Assembly (NCBI GenBank): GCA_027317865.1
Contig: DAHVQG010000002.1
Location: forward strand, 96,001 to 160,000
Direction: 5' to 3'
Source: Bdellovibrionales bacterium
Lineage (GTDB): Bacteria > Bdellovibrionota > Bdellovibrionia > Bdellovibrionales > UBA1609
Length of the DNA stretch: 64,000 bases
Shown: positions 1 to 10,786 of the stretch, piece by piece
Numbering within the stretch: the first letter of the stretch is position 1
How the letters are laid out: each line of letters opens with the position of its first letter
The notes under the pieces: generated by a model
What the model was told of the DNA's origin: nothing
Database searches by the model: none
Seen by the model: only the letters and a program-made list of their open reading frames with translations
Position numbers and translations under genes: made by a program

Positions 1-2
1 AA

Positions 3-977
3 CTTTCGCGTTCCTTTGAAATTGCCCTCAGTGAACTTGAATCTGGCGGAGTGGTGGCCATACCAACTGAAACTGTCTACGGGTTGGCGGCCGACATTCG
101 CTCTTCTATAGGTATAAATAAAATTTTTGCGTTGAAAAACCGCCCGGCATTCGACCCCCTTATCGTACACGTCGCCGATTTTGCGAGTGTCCCATTGGTG
201 GCCCGTGAGTTCCGGCCATTGGCGCAAAAGTTGGCCGATGCTTTTTGGCCTGGTCCACTAACAATGGTTCTACCGCGCCGCAACGATCTCAACCCCATGA
301 TTACCTCGGGCCTTGATACGGTTGCTATACGAATGCCGGCTAAAGAAATTACGCGAGAATTGATTCGTAAACTTGGGGCCCCGGTAGCGGCCCCGAGTGC
401 AAATCGTTTCGGTCGAACAAGCCCGACATCCGCAATTCACGTTGAAAACGAATTTTGCGATCATGCAAGCATACTGGTCGTACTCGATGATGGCCCATGT
501 CCAGTGGGAATCGAGTCAACGGTGATCACGTTTGAGAGTAACGACAGCAAGCAACCAGCCGGGCGAACAGTCGAAAAAATATTGATTTTGCGCCCAGGCG
601 CAGTCACTGCGGAGCAGCTCGCACGCTTTGCCCAGGTTGAACGAGTACAAAATAGCGTACGGTCTCCGGGGCACCTACGGCATCACTACATGCCCACCAT
701 TCCGCTGGTGATTTTACCAAATGCGTGCTCACCCAGCCGTAGCCAATACGAACTGATCCGCATGAAATTGAAAAAAAATGTGCTCCACCCGGGCTGGATG
801 TCACTGCCCGATGATCCCGTAATGGCCGCGCGATTGTTGTATGCCAATATGCGCACGGCCGCGAATCAGCCCGACGTAAATTGTTTATTTTTGCCTTTTC
901 CGCTTCAAGAGCGGCGCTCAGATCTTTGGATGGGAATTTCAGACCGAATCGAAAAAGCCGCAACCATAATTATATAG
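3..977 (+). CDS. sua5: L-threonylcarbamoyladenylate synthase Sua5/TsaC2 (5'-truncated by window edge)
   Basis: VAIPTETVYGLAAD, KNRPAFDPLIVH, AAPSANRFGRTSPT, GIEST and SPGHLRHHY motifs plus a C-terminal SUA5 domain. The frame is open back to base 3. Confidence 0.95.
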   Translation, partial: LSRSFEIALSELESGGVVAIPTETVYGLAADIRSSIGINKIFALKNRPAFDPLIVHVADFASVPLVAREFRPLAQKLADAFWPGPLTMVLPRRNDLNPMITSGLDTVAIRMPAKEITRELIRKLGAPVAAPSANRFGRTSPTSAIHVENEFCDHASILVVLDDGPCPVGIESTVITFESNDSKQPAGRTVEKILILRPGAVTAEQLARFAQVERVQNSVRSPGHLRHHYMPTIPLVILPNACSPSRSQYELIRMKLKKNVLHPGWMSLPDDPVMAARLLYANMRTAANQPDVNCLFLPFPLQERRSDLWMGISDRIEKAATIII

Positions 978-983
978 CTTCGG

Positions 984-3368
984 CTATAGCGTAGGATTCA
1001 TCATATTTTTGTTTTCACCGTGCTGTATTGATCCTTCAAAACGTGTTTTTCGGCACGTGATGGAGTTATACGTACAGTTAAGGCGCATATCTGGATATTG
1101 ATTGTGGTACATGCGCTCGGCATCGAAAATTGATTCGATGAATTTTCGGTTAATATTAGTGGTAATTGGATTTCCGTTGATGTCGTGCGGCCAATAATAT
1201 GAAATGGGCGGCACATGGTGCGGCAAATAGAAATCCAATTCAATACTTAGAGACTTCGCAAGATCGGACTGTGGGATAATTGAAGAAATAAATGCCGGGC
1301 CAATTTCTTTAAACAAATCGTCCAGCAACAGGTTTTCAAATGCCGCTTTTCGCTCGTTTGCCGGCAAACTGAGATTTATAACTTCAGTTAGATATTTAGT
1401 AATAAAAAGTAGGTCTCGACAGTAGCGAATCACCCGGACATTTTGTCCGTTTACTCTTGAAAATCCCAAATCAGCAACGCATTGATGTTCGTCTTGCGGT
1501 CGAAGATACATCGGCGTCGATTTTAGCCCCTGTGCCCAACGGACCGTCGTTGCCAGATGACCCATAATAGAATCCCGTAACTGTCGAGGAGTATATCCGT
1601 AATAATGATTTTCTACCGCTTCAAGCCCATAACGATTTAAAAAGTAGCGCCCAGACACGCGCATGGTCGGCAACATTCTTCGCAAATGCAGCAAATTATG
1701 CTTCGCTAAAAATGTCGTGCGCATATCATAAAAAATGCTCGGCGGTAAAATATTATGAAAATATTGAATGACGGCGCGATTGGCTCGATTGGTGTAGTGC
1801 GTCCGCTTAAGCTCATAATAAAGACCCAATGTTTTAAACTCGAGCGGGTCAAAATTTTTATCGGCGTTAAACATCATCACTTCGTCTTGTAACAAATCGA
1901 AATGATAGAAATTAAAGAATGCAGCAGTTTGGTGGCGTGAATAACATTGTTGAAAGATATAGTATTTGTGCTTTAGTTGACCGGCTTTGGTGTCGTAATC
2001 GGTTATCATCCTGTGTTCGCGACAACTTTCTTGCTGCGAAATTTTAAACACCCCGCCTAAGCCGATATGCCACTGAATGGGCGTACTTAAATCCGCGGGG
2101 CTGAACGAATAGTCCGAACCGATAAAATTACGGTCAACGCGTCGATCATTAAACGGCTTTGACACATCTTCGCTGTATAGTTTTTCAATCTTAGTAAGAT
2201 TGTTAATTAGTATTTTTTGAACTCGTTTTTGATTGCTCGTCGGGTCGACTATCTTCCATACTAAATCATTCAATTTGCCGTTTCGAAAAATAAGTGCCTT
2301 GCTGAAGAGATCATCGTAAGCCTTGCGCACTTTGGGATATTTCAAGTTAAGAGTATAATCGGCTAAAAATGCGCCTCTCACTTTTTTGGCATCAATCTGC
2401 AAACCGCCGACATCGTTCAATTTCAATATCGAAAAGCCTACATTTTCAAGCATATGAAAGGGGGTGTATTGGCTAAACCAAGCATCGCCAAAACCGACCT
2501 TATATATTTCTTGCCAATCTTTGGTGCGATCCGCGACAAGGCGAATTCTCGCCATATCGTTTCGCCCCCGAAAAACGTAGACGTCGTATTCGCCCGACCA
2601 CAACTTGCCGACACTCGAATTAAGAAACGCCACGTTGCCGATCGGCAAATAGTAAGAACCTCCAAAGAACAAATTTAACGGCACCTTAAATCGAACTGTT
2701 GTACCGGGCTTAAGCCGATGAAGGAGCACATGGGCATTAACCGGCAAATCGTTGGCGACAAAGTCGACAAGCGGAATTTTGCGGGTATGGGTGGCGTCAT
2801 GGTAGGTCTTAAATAGGCGCCAAAAATCGATTTCTTGATTCGATTGAATCGTTATATCAAGTGGATAATTGTTGCGTAAGACCCAATGTAACGGGCTGAG
2901 CGTTTCGCTCGGAATAAATCCGTCCTCTCTCAAAGTATACCCGTCGATATATGCCGGCGATAATTCAATGCGATCGCGAACTCCGAGCCCAAACGCATCC
3001 AAAACCGTCTTATTTTCGTTTAGCTCATCAACTGAAATATTGGAGTTTTCGACGCTCTTCTCCCCCCACTTATAAAATCGATGTAGCGCTCCGCCCGCTT
3101 GGCGAAATTTTTTCTTTGCTTTCTCATCAAGCTTTTTTAAGTCCGAATTACTGAGATTAATCTCCTTTAACTTCGGCATTTTGCTTACGTTGACAATAAA
3201 CCCTTCAACCCCGGATAGATTGGGGGGCGGAAGCTTATTAGGCTCTTGAAAAAAATGTTGAGCTGATAGCGATTGATCCGTCTGGGCGCGAGCGTAGCTG
3301 ATCGGTTGAACTGTAAAAAATCCAACAATCAATAAAATTATTAAAAGTCGATTGCCATTCAAATGCAC
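984..3368 (-). CDS. Large secreted hypothetical protein (794 aa)
   Basis: Long ORF. GTG start with an AGGGAG SD just upstream. Sec signal peptide ending ARA. No recognised catalytic motif. Confidence 0.85.
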   Translation of the reverse strand: MHLNGNRLLIILLIVGFFTVQPISYARAQTDQSLSAQHFFQEPNKLPPPNLSGVEGFIVNVSKMPKLKEINLSNSDLKKLDEKAKKKFRQAGGALHRFYKWGEKSVENSNISVDELNENKTVLDAFGLGVRDRIELSPAYIDGYTLREDGFIPSETLSPLHWVLRNNYPLDITIQSNQEIDFWRLFKTYHDATHTRKIPLVDFVANDLPVNAHVLLHRLKPGTTVRFKVPLNLFFGGSYYLPIGNVAFLNSSVGKLWSGEYDVYVFRGRNDMARIRLVADRTKDWQEIYKVGFGDAWFSQYTPFHMLENVGFSILKLNDVGGLQIDAKKVRGAFLADYTLNLKYPKVRKAYDDLFSKALIFRNGKLNDLVWKIVDPTSNQKRVQKILINNLTKIEKLYSEDVSKPFNDRRVDRNFIGSDYSFSPADLSTPIQWHIGLGGVFKISQQESCREHRMITDYDTKAGQLKHKYYIFQQCYSRHQTAAFFNFYHFDLLQDEVMMFNADKNFDPLEFKTLGLYYELKRTHYTNRANRAVIQYFHNILPPSIFYDMRTTFLAKHNLLHLRRMLPTMRVSGRYFLNRYGLEAVENHYYGYTPRQLRDSIMGHLATTVRWAQGLKSTPMYLRPQDEHQCVADLGFSRVNGQNVRVIRYCRDLLFITKYLTEVINLSLPANERKAAFENLLLDDLFKEIGPAFISSIIPQSDLAKSLSIELDFYLPHHVPPISYYWPHDINGNPITTNINRKFIESIFDAERMYHNQYPDMRLNCTYNSITCRKTRFEGSIQHGENKNMMNPTL

Positions 3369-3570
3369 AGAACTCCCTGACCCTTAATAGATAACCGCAG
3401 CCGGGTTTATGCGATCGTGAGCATGCAAAGTAATGCATGCAATTGCGAAGCCCATTGATTGTTGAACTATTGGAGCTGGTGCATGTACACTGTTGAACTT
3501 TTAAACGCAAGCGACAATTAGCGGCAAGAAGCGCTAGACAAGATCCACCAAACACGACTAAATTCCAGGC

Positions 3571-4182
3571 ATGAAAAATTTTATCAATTTTTACCCAAGT
3601 CGCCGTCGTTTGCCATTTGCCCTTTTCGCACTAACATTCATGCTCGTTTCAGCGCGAAATGTTGCGGCCCTAACCAGCAGCGCAAGCGCCGCCGCGTCCG
3701 CCAATGCAACCGAAATGTCGCTCCCGCGCCGTGAAGTATCCAATCCGTCACGACTGTCGATCGGTGCGATCATTCAAGCACACTCAGTTTCAAATACGTC
3801 GTCACCGTGGTTTGGCATTTCAGCGAGTTATAAAATTTTCCACCGGGTATCTCTCGGTCTTCGGGGTTTTGTTCCTATGTCTCAACCGGTCGACAAAAGT
3901 ACCTACGCCGCTCAGGCCTTTTCGCGAATTAGCTGCGTAGAAGTTCGGCAAAATGACTTTTATGTCGAACCGGATTACGCCCTGAATTTCTATGATTTCG
4001 TACCGTTTCAGTCGATTGGCGGGGCAGTCGGGGTGCTTGATCGAGTCAGCCCAGGGCTCAGTATCGGAGCTGCCGGTGGAGTCGAACTTTCAAAAACGAT
4101 TCTCGACAGCATTGGCCTTGAGCGTGTTTCTAATTATAGAGTTTATCCAAAAGTTGCATTACTCACGAACTTTTATTTTTAA
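3571..4182 (+). CDS. Hypothetical small outer-membrane beta-barrel protein
   Basis: Signal peptide, Ala/Ser linker, alternating beta-strand pattern and C-terminal aromatic ending (LLTNFYF). Confidence 0.65.
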   Translation: MKNFINFYPSRRRLPFALFALTFMLVSARNVAALTSSASAAASANATEMSLPRREVSNPSRLSIGAIIQAHSVSNTSSPWFGISASYKIFHRVSLGLRGFVPMSQPVDKSTYAAQAFSRISCVEVRQNDFYVEPDYALNFYDFVPFQSIGGAVGVLDRVSPGLSIGAAGGVELSKTILDSIGLERVSNYRVYPKVALLTNFYF

Positions 4183-4191
4183 TCAAAGACG

Positions 4192-4950
4192 ATGATACAA
4201 ATGAAAAATACTCACCGACGAAATTTACAACTTCCAATTTTAATTGCGACTGGTTTAATCCTCTCGGGCTGTGCGATTCGCAAGGATTTAAACTCGCGCG
4301 CACCGGTACCCGTAATTGGGCAAAGCAATTCGCAAGCTAAACCCGGCGATTGCAACTACCAAGCGGTACCCGGCTGCAAAGTTTATTGCGCGCAAAACGC
4401 AAAGGGGCAATACCCGGTCACCAATATACTTGGGGATACGGGTACGAATTCCGATGGATCTTCGTGGGCTGAAGGCGGCGGTTGCATTCTTCGTCCGATT
4501 CGTGAAGTCTGGGCGGCATTAAATAGTTACGCTGCGATGAAAGTTATTGCTGCAAAAAGCTACAGCGTCGATCATCCGCGCCTTTCGCTCGGGCCGACCA
4601 TTACCAATTTTTATGAAATTACCAACCATTATTCGGAACTCGGCGGCTTAATAAACTTCCACGAAACAATGCGCTGGTTTCACGGTCTATTTAGCGGCAC
4701 TTTCGAAAACCCGAATGCGGTCGAAATTGTTTTTGAACGCACAAATGGCGGAGCGCAGGTTTCGATCTGGAACGGCTATATTACACTTGCAAAAATAAAT
4801 GATTCGACGACTTCTTTATTCATTCACACGAACATGAGAACGCTCGAGTCTGAAGACGATATTTTGCACGCCGAAGCCTATGGAGTCGAAATGTTGTCAA
4901 AAGCAAGGACGCTGCCGCCCGATTGGGATAATCTAAATAATCACAAGTAA
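4192..4950 (+). CDS. Hypothetical lipoprotein, possibly START/SRPBCC-like fold
   Basis: Lipobox LSGC followed by a Cys-containing N-region. The PIREVWAAL segment followed by strands and a terminal helix resembles SRPBCC topology (inference). Confidence 0.6.
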   Translation: MIQMKNTHRRNLQLPILIATGLILSGCAIRKDLNSRAPVPVIGQSNSQAKPGDCNYQAVPGCKVYCAQNAKGQYPVTNILGDTGTNSDGSSWAEGGGCILRPIREVWAALNSYAAMKVIAAKSYSVDHPRLSLGPTITNFYEITNHYSELGGLINFHETMRWFHGLFSGTFENPNAVEIVFERTNGGAQVSIWNGYITLAKINDSTTSLFIHTNMRTLESEDDILHAEAYGVEMLSKARTLPPDWDNLNNHK

Positions 4951-4989
4951 AATTTTTGTCGTCGAACGCGTGCAAGCGGCGCAAAAATT
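4951..4989. terminator. Putative bidirectional hairpin terminator between convergent genes
   Basis: AATTTTTG(T)CGTCG...CGGCG CAAAAATT inverted repeat fills the gap between the lipoprotein and valS stop codons. Confidence 0.45.
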
Positions 4990-4998
4990 CGCGGCCGG

Positions 4999-7716
4999 TT
5001 ACCCAAGCCGCACAAGTGAATCTTGCAAGGTCTTGATCTTGTTTGAAAGCTCTTCTAGTTGAGTGCGCCCTTGTTTAACCACTTCTGACGGAGCGTTTTT
5101 GACAAAATTTTCGTTGCTAAGGCGCGCTTCAATGCCCGCCTTCTCTTTTTGCAATTTCTCAATCGTCTTTTCGATGCGCTTTCGTTCTTCGTTCAAATCC
5201 ACGACACCTTCAAGATAGACGATGACATCGACTCGAAATGAGTGGACTGCAATCGGCGTCAATGCACATTTGGTCAGCGAACCTTCATCATTAATTTGGC
5301 ACTCTGAAAGTTTTGCGAGTTTCGCAATAGTCGGGCTGTTCGCCTGAAGAATCTTTTGCGAGCCCGCCTCTTTAGGGGCAAGTCTCACCCGCAACTCTTC
5401 GCCCGGTTTTATACTGTTCTCACCGCGAATGTTACGAATCGCCGCAATCGTCGCGATCACAAGGTCCATTTCTTCAGCGCGGGTTGAGCTTGCGATTTGT
5501 AACCAATCACTGTCATTTTTAGTGTTCGGATATTCGTCAATCACGCATGCTTCGCCGCGAATTGGTAAACGACTATAAATTTCTTCAGTAACGAATGGTA
5601 CAAACGGATGCAGAAGCCGTACGACGCGATTAAGAGTTTGCGCTAAGACAAGGCGAGTAGCGGCCCTTTCTTCCGGCTTTTCTCCATAAACAACCGGTTT
5701 TATAAGCTCCAGATACCAATCGCAAAACTTGTGCCATACAAAATCATAAAGAGTGTTGGATGCGTCAGAAAATCGTAACTGTTCCAACTGTTGATTAACC
5801 GCCGCTTCGCATTCTCCGAGTTTATGAATTATCCAAAAATCGGCGTCGGAGAGATTTTCGGCTTTTGGCTTTAAACTTAAAAGGTCATTTGGCGATTTGG
5901 ATGCCGTGGACGTTTCCACTTGTGGCGGTTCAAAATCGGCTAAAACATGCAACGAAAACCGGGCTGCGTTCCAAATCTTGTTTATGAAATTGCGATAACC
6001 TTCAAGCCGCGGAATAGAAAATTTTAAATCTTTGCCGGCTGCCACTTGAGCCAAAAGCGTGAAGCGCACGCTATCCGCGCCAAACTCGTCGATAAGTTCA
6101 ACTGGATCAAGCGCATTGCCCAACGATTTGGACATTTTGCGCCCTTCTGCATCGCGAATGAGCCCCGTAATAAGAACTTTTCGAAATGGAACATCCCCGC
6201 GAAACTCGAGCCCCATCATAATCATCCGCGCAACCCAGAAAAATATGATGTCGTGACCCGTGATTAAAACGTCCGTCGGATAAAAAGTTTTGAGCGCTTC
6301 CGTTTCGTTCGGCCACCCGAGCGTGCTAAATGGCCAGAGCGCTGAACTAAACCACGTATCAAGAACGTCGTCTTCTTGTGCGATTTCTTTTGAATGACAT
6401 TTCTCACATTCTTCAGGAGTGTTTTCGGCCACCGTAATGTGCCCGCATCCGGGGCAATTCCAAGCAGGAATACGATGTCCCCACCAAAGCTGCCGCGATA
6501 TGCACCAATCTTGAATATTGTTAAGCCAATGTAAATATGTTTTGGTCCAAGCCTCGGGTTCAAATGTGACCGTTCCATTTTCGACAACCGCTTTTGCCGG
6601 TCGCGCGAGACTCTCCATTTTTACAAACCATTGCTCAGACAGAAGCGGTTCGGCGACAACGCCAGTGCGCGAATCGTGCCCCACAGAATGCGTGTGCGGC
6701 TCCTCTTTGACCAAAAGATTTTGCGCTTTTAAATCTTCGATGACCCTTTTTCGCGCTTCTTGAACTTTAAGACCGGCGTAAGCTCCCGCATTTTCATTGA
6801 GCGTGCCGTTGCGATTGAGAATATTGATCAACGGGAGTTTGTGGCGTATCCCCACGGCGTAATCATTAAAATCGTGTGCCGGTGTGATTTTCACGACGCC
6901 TGAACCGAATTCCTTGTCAACATAGGTATCGGCGATCACGGGAATGACCCGTTCGGTTAGCGGTAATCGTACCGACTTGCCGACAAATTTAGTATAGCGT
7001 TCGTCGTCCGGATGAACCGCGATGGCCACATCGCCGAGAAGCGTTTCTGGCCGCGTCGTCGCAACGGTCAGCCCATCACTATATCGGATATGGTAGAGAG
7101 TGCCCTTTACCTCTTTATGTTCAACTTCGAGATCAGAAAGCGCTGATTCAAGCTTGGTGCTCCAATTGATCAGCCGCTGCCCTTTGTAAATAAGGCCTTT
7201 TTTATACAGTTCAACGAAAACGTGGCGAACCGCTTTTGATACGCCCTCGTCAAGGGTAAACACAAACCGCTGCCAATCGCACGAATCACCGATGAATTTC
7301 ATTTGCTCGACGATACGGTCGCCGTATTTTTTCTTCCATTCCCAGACGCGTTCGACGAATTTATCACGGCCCAGTTCACGCCGTGTTTTATTTTCTTTCG
7401 CAAGCTCGCGCTCCACCACTCCTTGCGTGGCAATGCCGGCATGGTCGGTGCCGGGTAACCAAAGCGCGTTGAAACCGCTCATGCGCTTCCAACGGGTTAA
7501 TGCATCTTGCAAGGTGTGATTCAGTGCGTGGCCGATATGCAGTTGCCCCGTCACATTAGGCGGGGGAAGCATGATGCAAAACGGCGGTCGCGTCGATTTA
7601 TCAAACGCGGCAAAATAACCGCGCTCAATCCACCATGCATAAATTCGTTTTTCAACATCTTTTGGATTGTACCGGTCACTCAGTGGCTGATCCATTTTTT
7701 CGCTTTTCATGCTCAA
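4999..7716 (-). CDS. valS: Valine--tRNA ligase
   Basis: PPPNVTGQLHIGH, DHAGIATQ, DWCISRQLWWGHRIP and KMSKS motifs, with a C-terminal coiled-coil arm. Confidence 0.99.
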   Translation of the reverse strand: MSMKSEKMDQPLSDRYNPKDVEKRIYAWWIERGYFAAFDKSTRPPFCIMLPPPNVTGQLHIGHALNHTLQDALTRWKRMSGFNALWLPGTDHAGIATQGVVERELAKENKTRRELGRDKFVERVWEWKKKYGDRIVEQMKFIGDSCDWQRFVFTLDEGVSKAVRHVFVELYKKGLIYKGQRLINWSTKLESALSDLEVEHKEVKGTLYHIRYSDGLTVATTRPETLLGDVAIAVHPDDERYTKFVGKSVRLPLTERVIPVIADTYVDKEFGSGVVKITPAHDFNDYAVGIRHKLPLINILNRNGTLNENAGAYAGLKVQEARKRVIEDLKAQNLLVKEEPHTHSVGHDSRTGVVAEPLLSEQWFVKMESLARPAKAVVENGTVTFEPEAWTKTYLHWLNNIQDWCISRQLWWGHRIPAWNCPGCGHITVAENTPEECEKCHSKEIAQEDDVLDTWFSSALWPFSTLGWPNETEALKTFYPTDVLITGHDIIFFWVARMIMMGLEFRGDVPFRKVLITGLIRDAEGRKMSKSLGNALDPVELIDEFGADSVRFTLLAQVAAGKDLKFSIPRLEGYRNFINKIWNAARFSLHVLADFEPPQVETSTASKSPNDLLSLKPKAENLSDADFWIIHKLGECEAAVNQQLEQLRFSDASNTLYDFVWHKFCDWYLELIKPVVYGEKPEERAATRLVLAQTLNRVVRLLHPFVPFVTEEIYSRLPIRGEACVIDEYPNTKNDSDWLQIASSTRAEEMDLVIATIAAIRNIRGENSIKPGEELRVRLAPKEAGSQKILQANSPTIAKLAKLSECQINDEGSLTKCALTPIAVHSFRVDVIVYLEGVVDLNEERKRIEKTIEKLQKEKAGIEARLSNENFVKNAPSEVVKQGRTQLEELSNKIKTLQDSLVRLG

Positions 7717-7720
7717 CCTA

Positions 7721-8908
7721 TTAAGCTGTTTTTGTTGAAACCTTGAACGCCGGGAGCCGATGACGATTCAACCATATCATGGATAGCGCGACGTAACCGA
7801 GAAGCGCCGAAAAATAAAACGGCGAAACCATCGCCACTCGGCCATATAAAATTCCGCCAATCGGTGGGCCAAAAATTCGAGCCATAGCAGACATTGATTG
7901 ATTGACGCCCATGACTTCGCCCTGTTCATGTTGATCGGTGAGTAAACTCAAGCTCCCCGACAACGCCGGCATTAATAACCCATCGCCCAAAGCCAACAAC
8001 GTCATGGCAATGGCTAAAAACCAAATCGAGTGGGCCAGTCCAATCAAAACAAAACTTGTTGAAAACATGAGTACCCCAGAGGTCAGCATGGCCCGCTCGC
8101 CAAATTTTGGCAGAAGTTTTCGCACTAAATAGCCTTGTGTAAAGGCGATACAAATACCCACATAAGCAAAACCGTAGCTTGCCTTTTGAAGATTCCAGCT
8201 AAATCGATCTTGAACAAACAAAAACAGCGTCGCCTCCATGCTGGCCATGGCAAAAGCCACCACAAAATTTGATCCTAAAAGCGTGCCAATCACAGGGCGC
8301 GCGATTTTTTCGCTAATACTGCGAATACGTGACTTGCGAACTTTTTTGCCGCGCTTTTCAGGCGGGAGCGATTCGGGCAAAATAAAAAATGCCGCCACAA
8401 AATTAACGACGCCGATAAGTGTTGCCACTAAGGCCGGAAAATGAATACTAACCTTCGCGCTCAACCCGCCAAGAGCGGGGCCAAGCACAAAACCAAGACC
8501 AAAGGCGGCCCCGATCAACCCCATGTTTTTGGACCGATCTTTTTGATCCGTCACATCGGCAATGAAAGCGGCCGAAGTCGCAATGTTGGCGCTAAACGCA
8601 CCAGCTAACGCCCGCGAGACAAATAACATCGGCAAGGAATTGGCGTAGAAGAACACCAAATTCGCTAAGGCGGTCATCGCAATACTCATCAAAAGTATGG
8701 GCCGACGCCCAAACCGATCGCTAAGGCCGCCCCAAAGCGGCGAGAAAAGAAACTGCATTCCTGAATAAATCGCCATCAAGAGGCCAATATCGAACGCCGT
8801 TGCGTGATAATACCGGGCCAAGTAGGGCGTAAGCGGTATTATGATGCCGAATCCGACCAAATCGACGAAAACAGTTAAAAATATAATGATTAACGGCTTT
8901 TTATTCAT
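7721..8908 (-). CDS. MFS transporter, TetA/DHA1-like
   Basis: About 12 TM helices. Motif A GGLSDRFGRRP and motif C GFVLGPALGG. Confidence 0.92.
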   Translation of the reverse strand: MNKKPLIIIFLTVFVDLVGFGIIIPLTPYLARYYHATAFDIGLLMAIYSGMQFLFSPLWGGLSDRFGRRPILLMSIAMTALANLVFFYANSLPMLFVSRALAGAFSANIATSAAFIADVTDQKDRSKNMGLIGAAFGLGFVLGPALGGLSAKVSIHFPALVATLIGVVNFVAAFFILPESLPPEKRGKKVRKSRIRSISEKIARPVIGTLLGSNFVVAFAMASMEATLFLFVQDRFSWNLQKASYGFAYVGICIAFTQGYLVRKLLPKFGERAMLTSGVLMFSTSFVLIGLAHSIWFLAIAMTLLALGDGLLMPALSGSLSLLTDQHEQGEVMGVNQSMSAMARIFGPPIGGILYGRVAMVSPFYFSALLGYVALSMIWLNRHRLPAFKVSTKTA

Positions 8909-8946
8909 TGCGACCTGTTGTTTTTCGCGTTTATCATTTTAATGTT

Positions 8947-10074
8947 ATGGCATCAAACCGTAGGGCATCATGGCACGCTAGTCTAGCAAAAAGCACTCTA
9001 GCAAAATTCGTTCTCGCAACTGGCGGGCTTCTAACTCTGGCGCTCTCGCCGGTCAATGCAATGGCCGACTTGCCACCCGTGTATCATGTCGGAGAAGTCA
9101 CTCTCTCTGACTCGAGCACATACTTTACCTCTAAAGCGAATTATGATCGCTATGGTGATAAAGTCGACCTGCCTTCTGATTCGAGCGGACAATATTATTT
9201 CAACACACAAACCAACTCAATTGACGGAGCTTATGACCTCGCGACCAGACTCGGCGTTTGGCGCTTTGGTGCCGGACTTGATATTAACGATTCGACAAGT
9301 CGCGGACCGGACGTTGTCTATGGTGGCGACCAAAACCGCTCCAACAGCCAGTTCGACGATGTCCATTTTCTTTTGCAAAAGCCGATTCCACTTCAACAGT
9401 TTCGTATTATTCCTGAATTCAAAGGAACCGTTACCTTTAATCCGATCAACTATTCGCGCGTACCCTATACCGGTGTCGGCACTGATTTTTATAACGACGC
9501 GTTGACGTCAGATGATTGTGACATTGCCCAAATCGGTTCATGGTTTGTTGGGAACTTCCCGTACGGCAGCGCTTATGCCTATGTCGGATATGAATATCGG
9601 GACAGCCAGTATTCGGCGCTTTTGCCCTACGCTGCAGGAGGGCTCTTTCGCTATAACCAATTTTTGGTTGGCGCAGAAATCGACGGCTTCGACTATGTGA
9701 CGAACGACCAATACAATCCCTACAACAATTACCCGCGACACGAGCTAACTGAACGTGTCGACGGCTATAGCTATAAATACTTTGCCACAAACCCCATCGA
9801 ATCGGATTTTCGTATCAATGCCGGTTATTCGTTTTCACCTAATTTTTCTGTTAATGCCGGATGGTCCAATACCATCAGCGGCCAAGAAACCGCCATCGGT
9901 CAAACTTATCTAGTTTCTCTGGCGTACAGTTTCGACGTAACCGGGGGCGCAAATAGTCAGTATAATGATGACTTACTGCCGCGAAACACCGCAGGCGCGC
10001 CCCAAAGCAATTCAAGCGGAAAGTTTCAACCCCGCACTGAAAAATACGATAAGTCATTATTCGAATCAGATTAG
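8947..10074 (+). CDS. Hypothetical outer-membrane beta-barrel protein
   Basis: Signal peptide ending AMA. Tyr/Gly/Asn/Asp-rich amphipathic strands (INAGYSF, VSLAYSF). Start moved to the in-frame ATG at 8947. Confidence 0.7.
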   Translation: MASNRRASWHASLAKSTLAKFVLATGGLLTLALSPVNAMADLPPVYHVGEVTLSDSSTYFTSKANYDRYGDKVDLPSDSSGQYYFNTQTNSIDGAYDLATRLGVWRFGAGLDINDSTSRGPDVVYGGDQNRSNSQFDDVHFLLQKPIPLQQFRIIPEFKGTVTFNPINYSRVPYTGVGTDFYNDALTSDDCDIAQIGSWFVGNFPYGSAYAYVGYEYRDSQYSALLPYAAGGLFRYNQFLVGAEIDGFDYVTNDQYNPYNNYPRHELTERVDGYSYKYFATNPIESDFRINAGYSFSPNFSVNAGWSNTISGQETAIGQTYLVSLAYSFDVTGGANSQYNDDLLPRNTAGAPQSNSSGKFQPRTEKYDKSLFESD

Positions 10075-10661
10075 CGAATATCGATATCCGACGGCCGAAT
10101 CGAACCCTTAACGGCTTCGGCAACGCTGCTCTTTATTGCTTCTACCTCTTTGGGGGTCGAAGTTCGTGGAGCGACACTTGCATCCTGCATAACTGCAAGC
10201 TCAGGATCAGGCATAATTTTGTGGCCTTGCTCCATCATCGTGAGATGCGCCTGTACAAGGGCGCGTAAATTGTTTTCGTATTGCATCCGAATTTTTTTGA
10301 GATCGGCAATTTCTTGGAACATTTTTTTAAGGCTGTCGCGCGCGTCGCGAACAATGGTTTCACCTTGTTGTTTGGCGTCGTTCAGTATAAGCCGCGCCTC
10401 GCGTTCTGCATCTTGCTGAATTTTGTCTGACATACGGGTGGCCGTAGTGATGGTATTCTTTAACAGCTCATCACGTTCGCGATATTCGAGTATGGCCAAC
10501 TCTTTTTCACGTACCGATTCGCGGAGGGTATTTCGATCGCGAATCAAAGCCTCCATCTCTTCGGCGATTTGCCGTAAAAAATCGGTGACTTCTTCTTGAT
10601 CAACACCCATCATCCGGCGCGTGAAATTTTTGTGGGCTATATCGATTGGCGCGATTTTCAT
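10071..10661 (-). CDS. divIVA: DivIVA domain cell-division/polarity protein
   Basis: MKIAPIDIAHKNFTRRMMGVDQEEVTDFL N-terminal DivIVA motif plus coiled coil, in the yggS-proC-divIVA context. Confidence 0.95.
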   Translation of the reverse strand: MKIAPIDIAHKNFTRRMMGVDQEEVTDFLRQIAEEMEALIRDRNTLRESVREKELAILEYRERDELLKNTITTATRMSDKIQQDAEREARLILNDAKQQGETIVRDARDSLKKMFQEIADLKKIRMQYENNLRALVQAHLTMMEQGHKIMPDPELAVMQDASVAPRTSTPKEVEAIKSSVAEAVKGSIRPSDIDIR

Positions 10662-10786
10662 TTTCCCCCCTTAGCCGTCGACTCGAATCGACGTCGCATG
10701 CATTTAGACACATGCACCTTGACTTTAGGCTAAAGAATGAAGGTCAGATGCGCAAGTAAGAATATTCCAGCAACCTATACTGGCAC

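Noticed and set aside
8971-8987. TGGCACG as a sigma54 promoter
   Set aside because: The -12 GC is at the wrong spacing and the site lies inside a CDS.
10662-10786. Possible ncRNA between proC and divIVA
   Set aside because: Only short imperfect dyads are present, with no recognisable 6S, RNase P or riboswitch signature.
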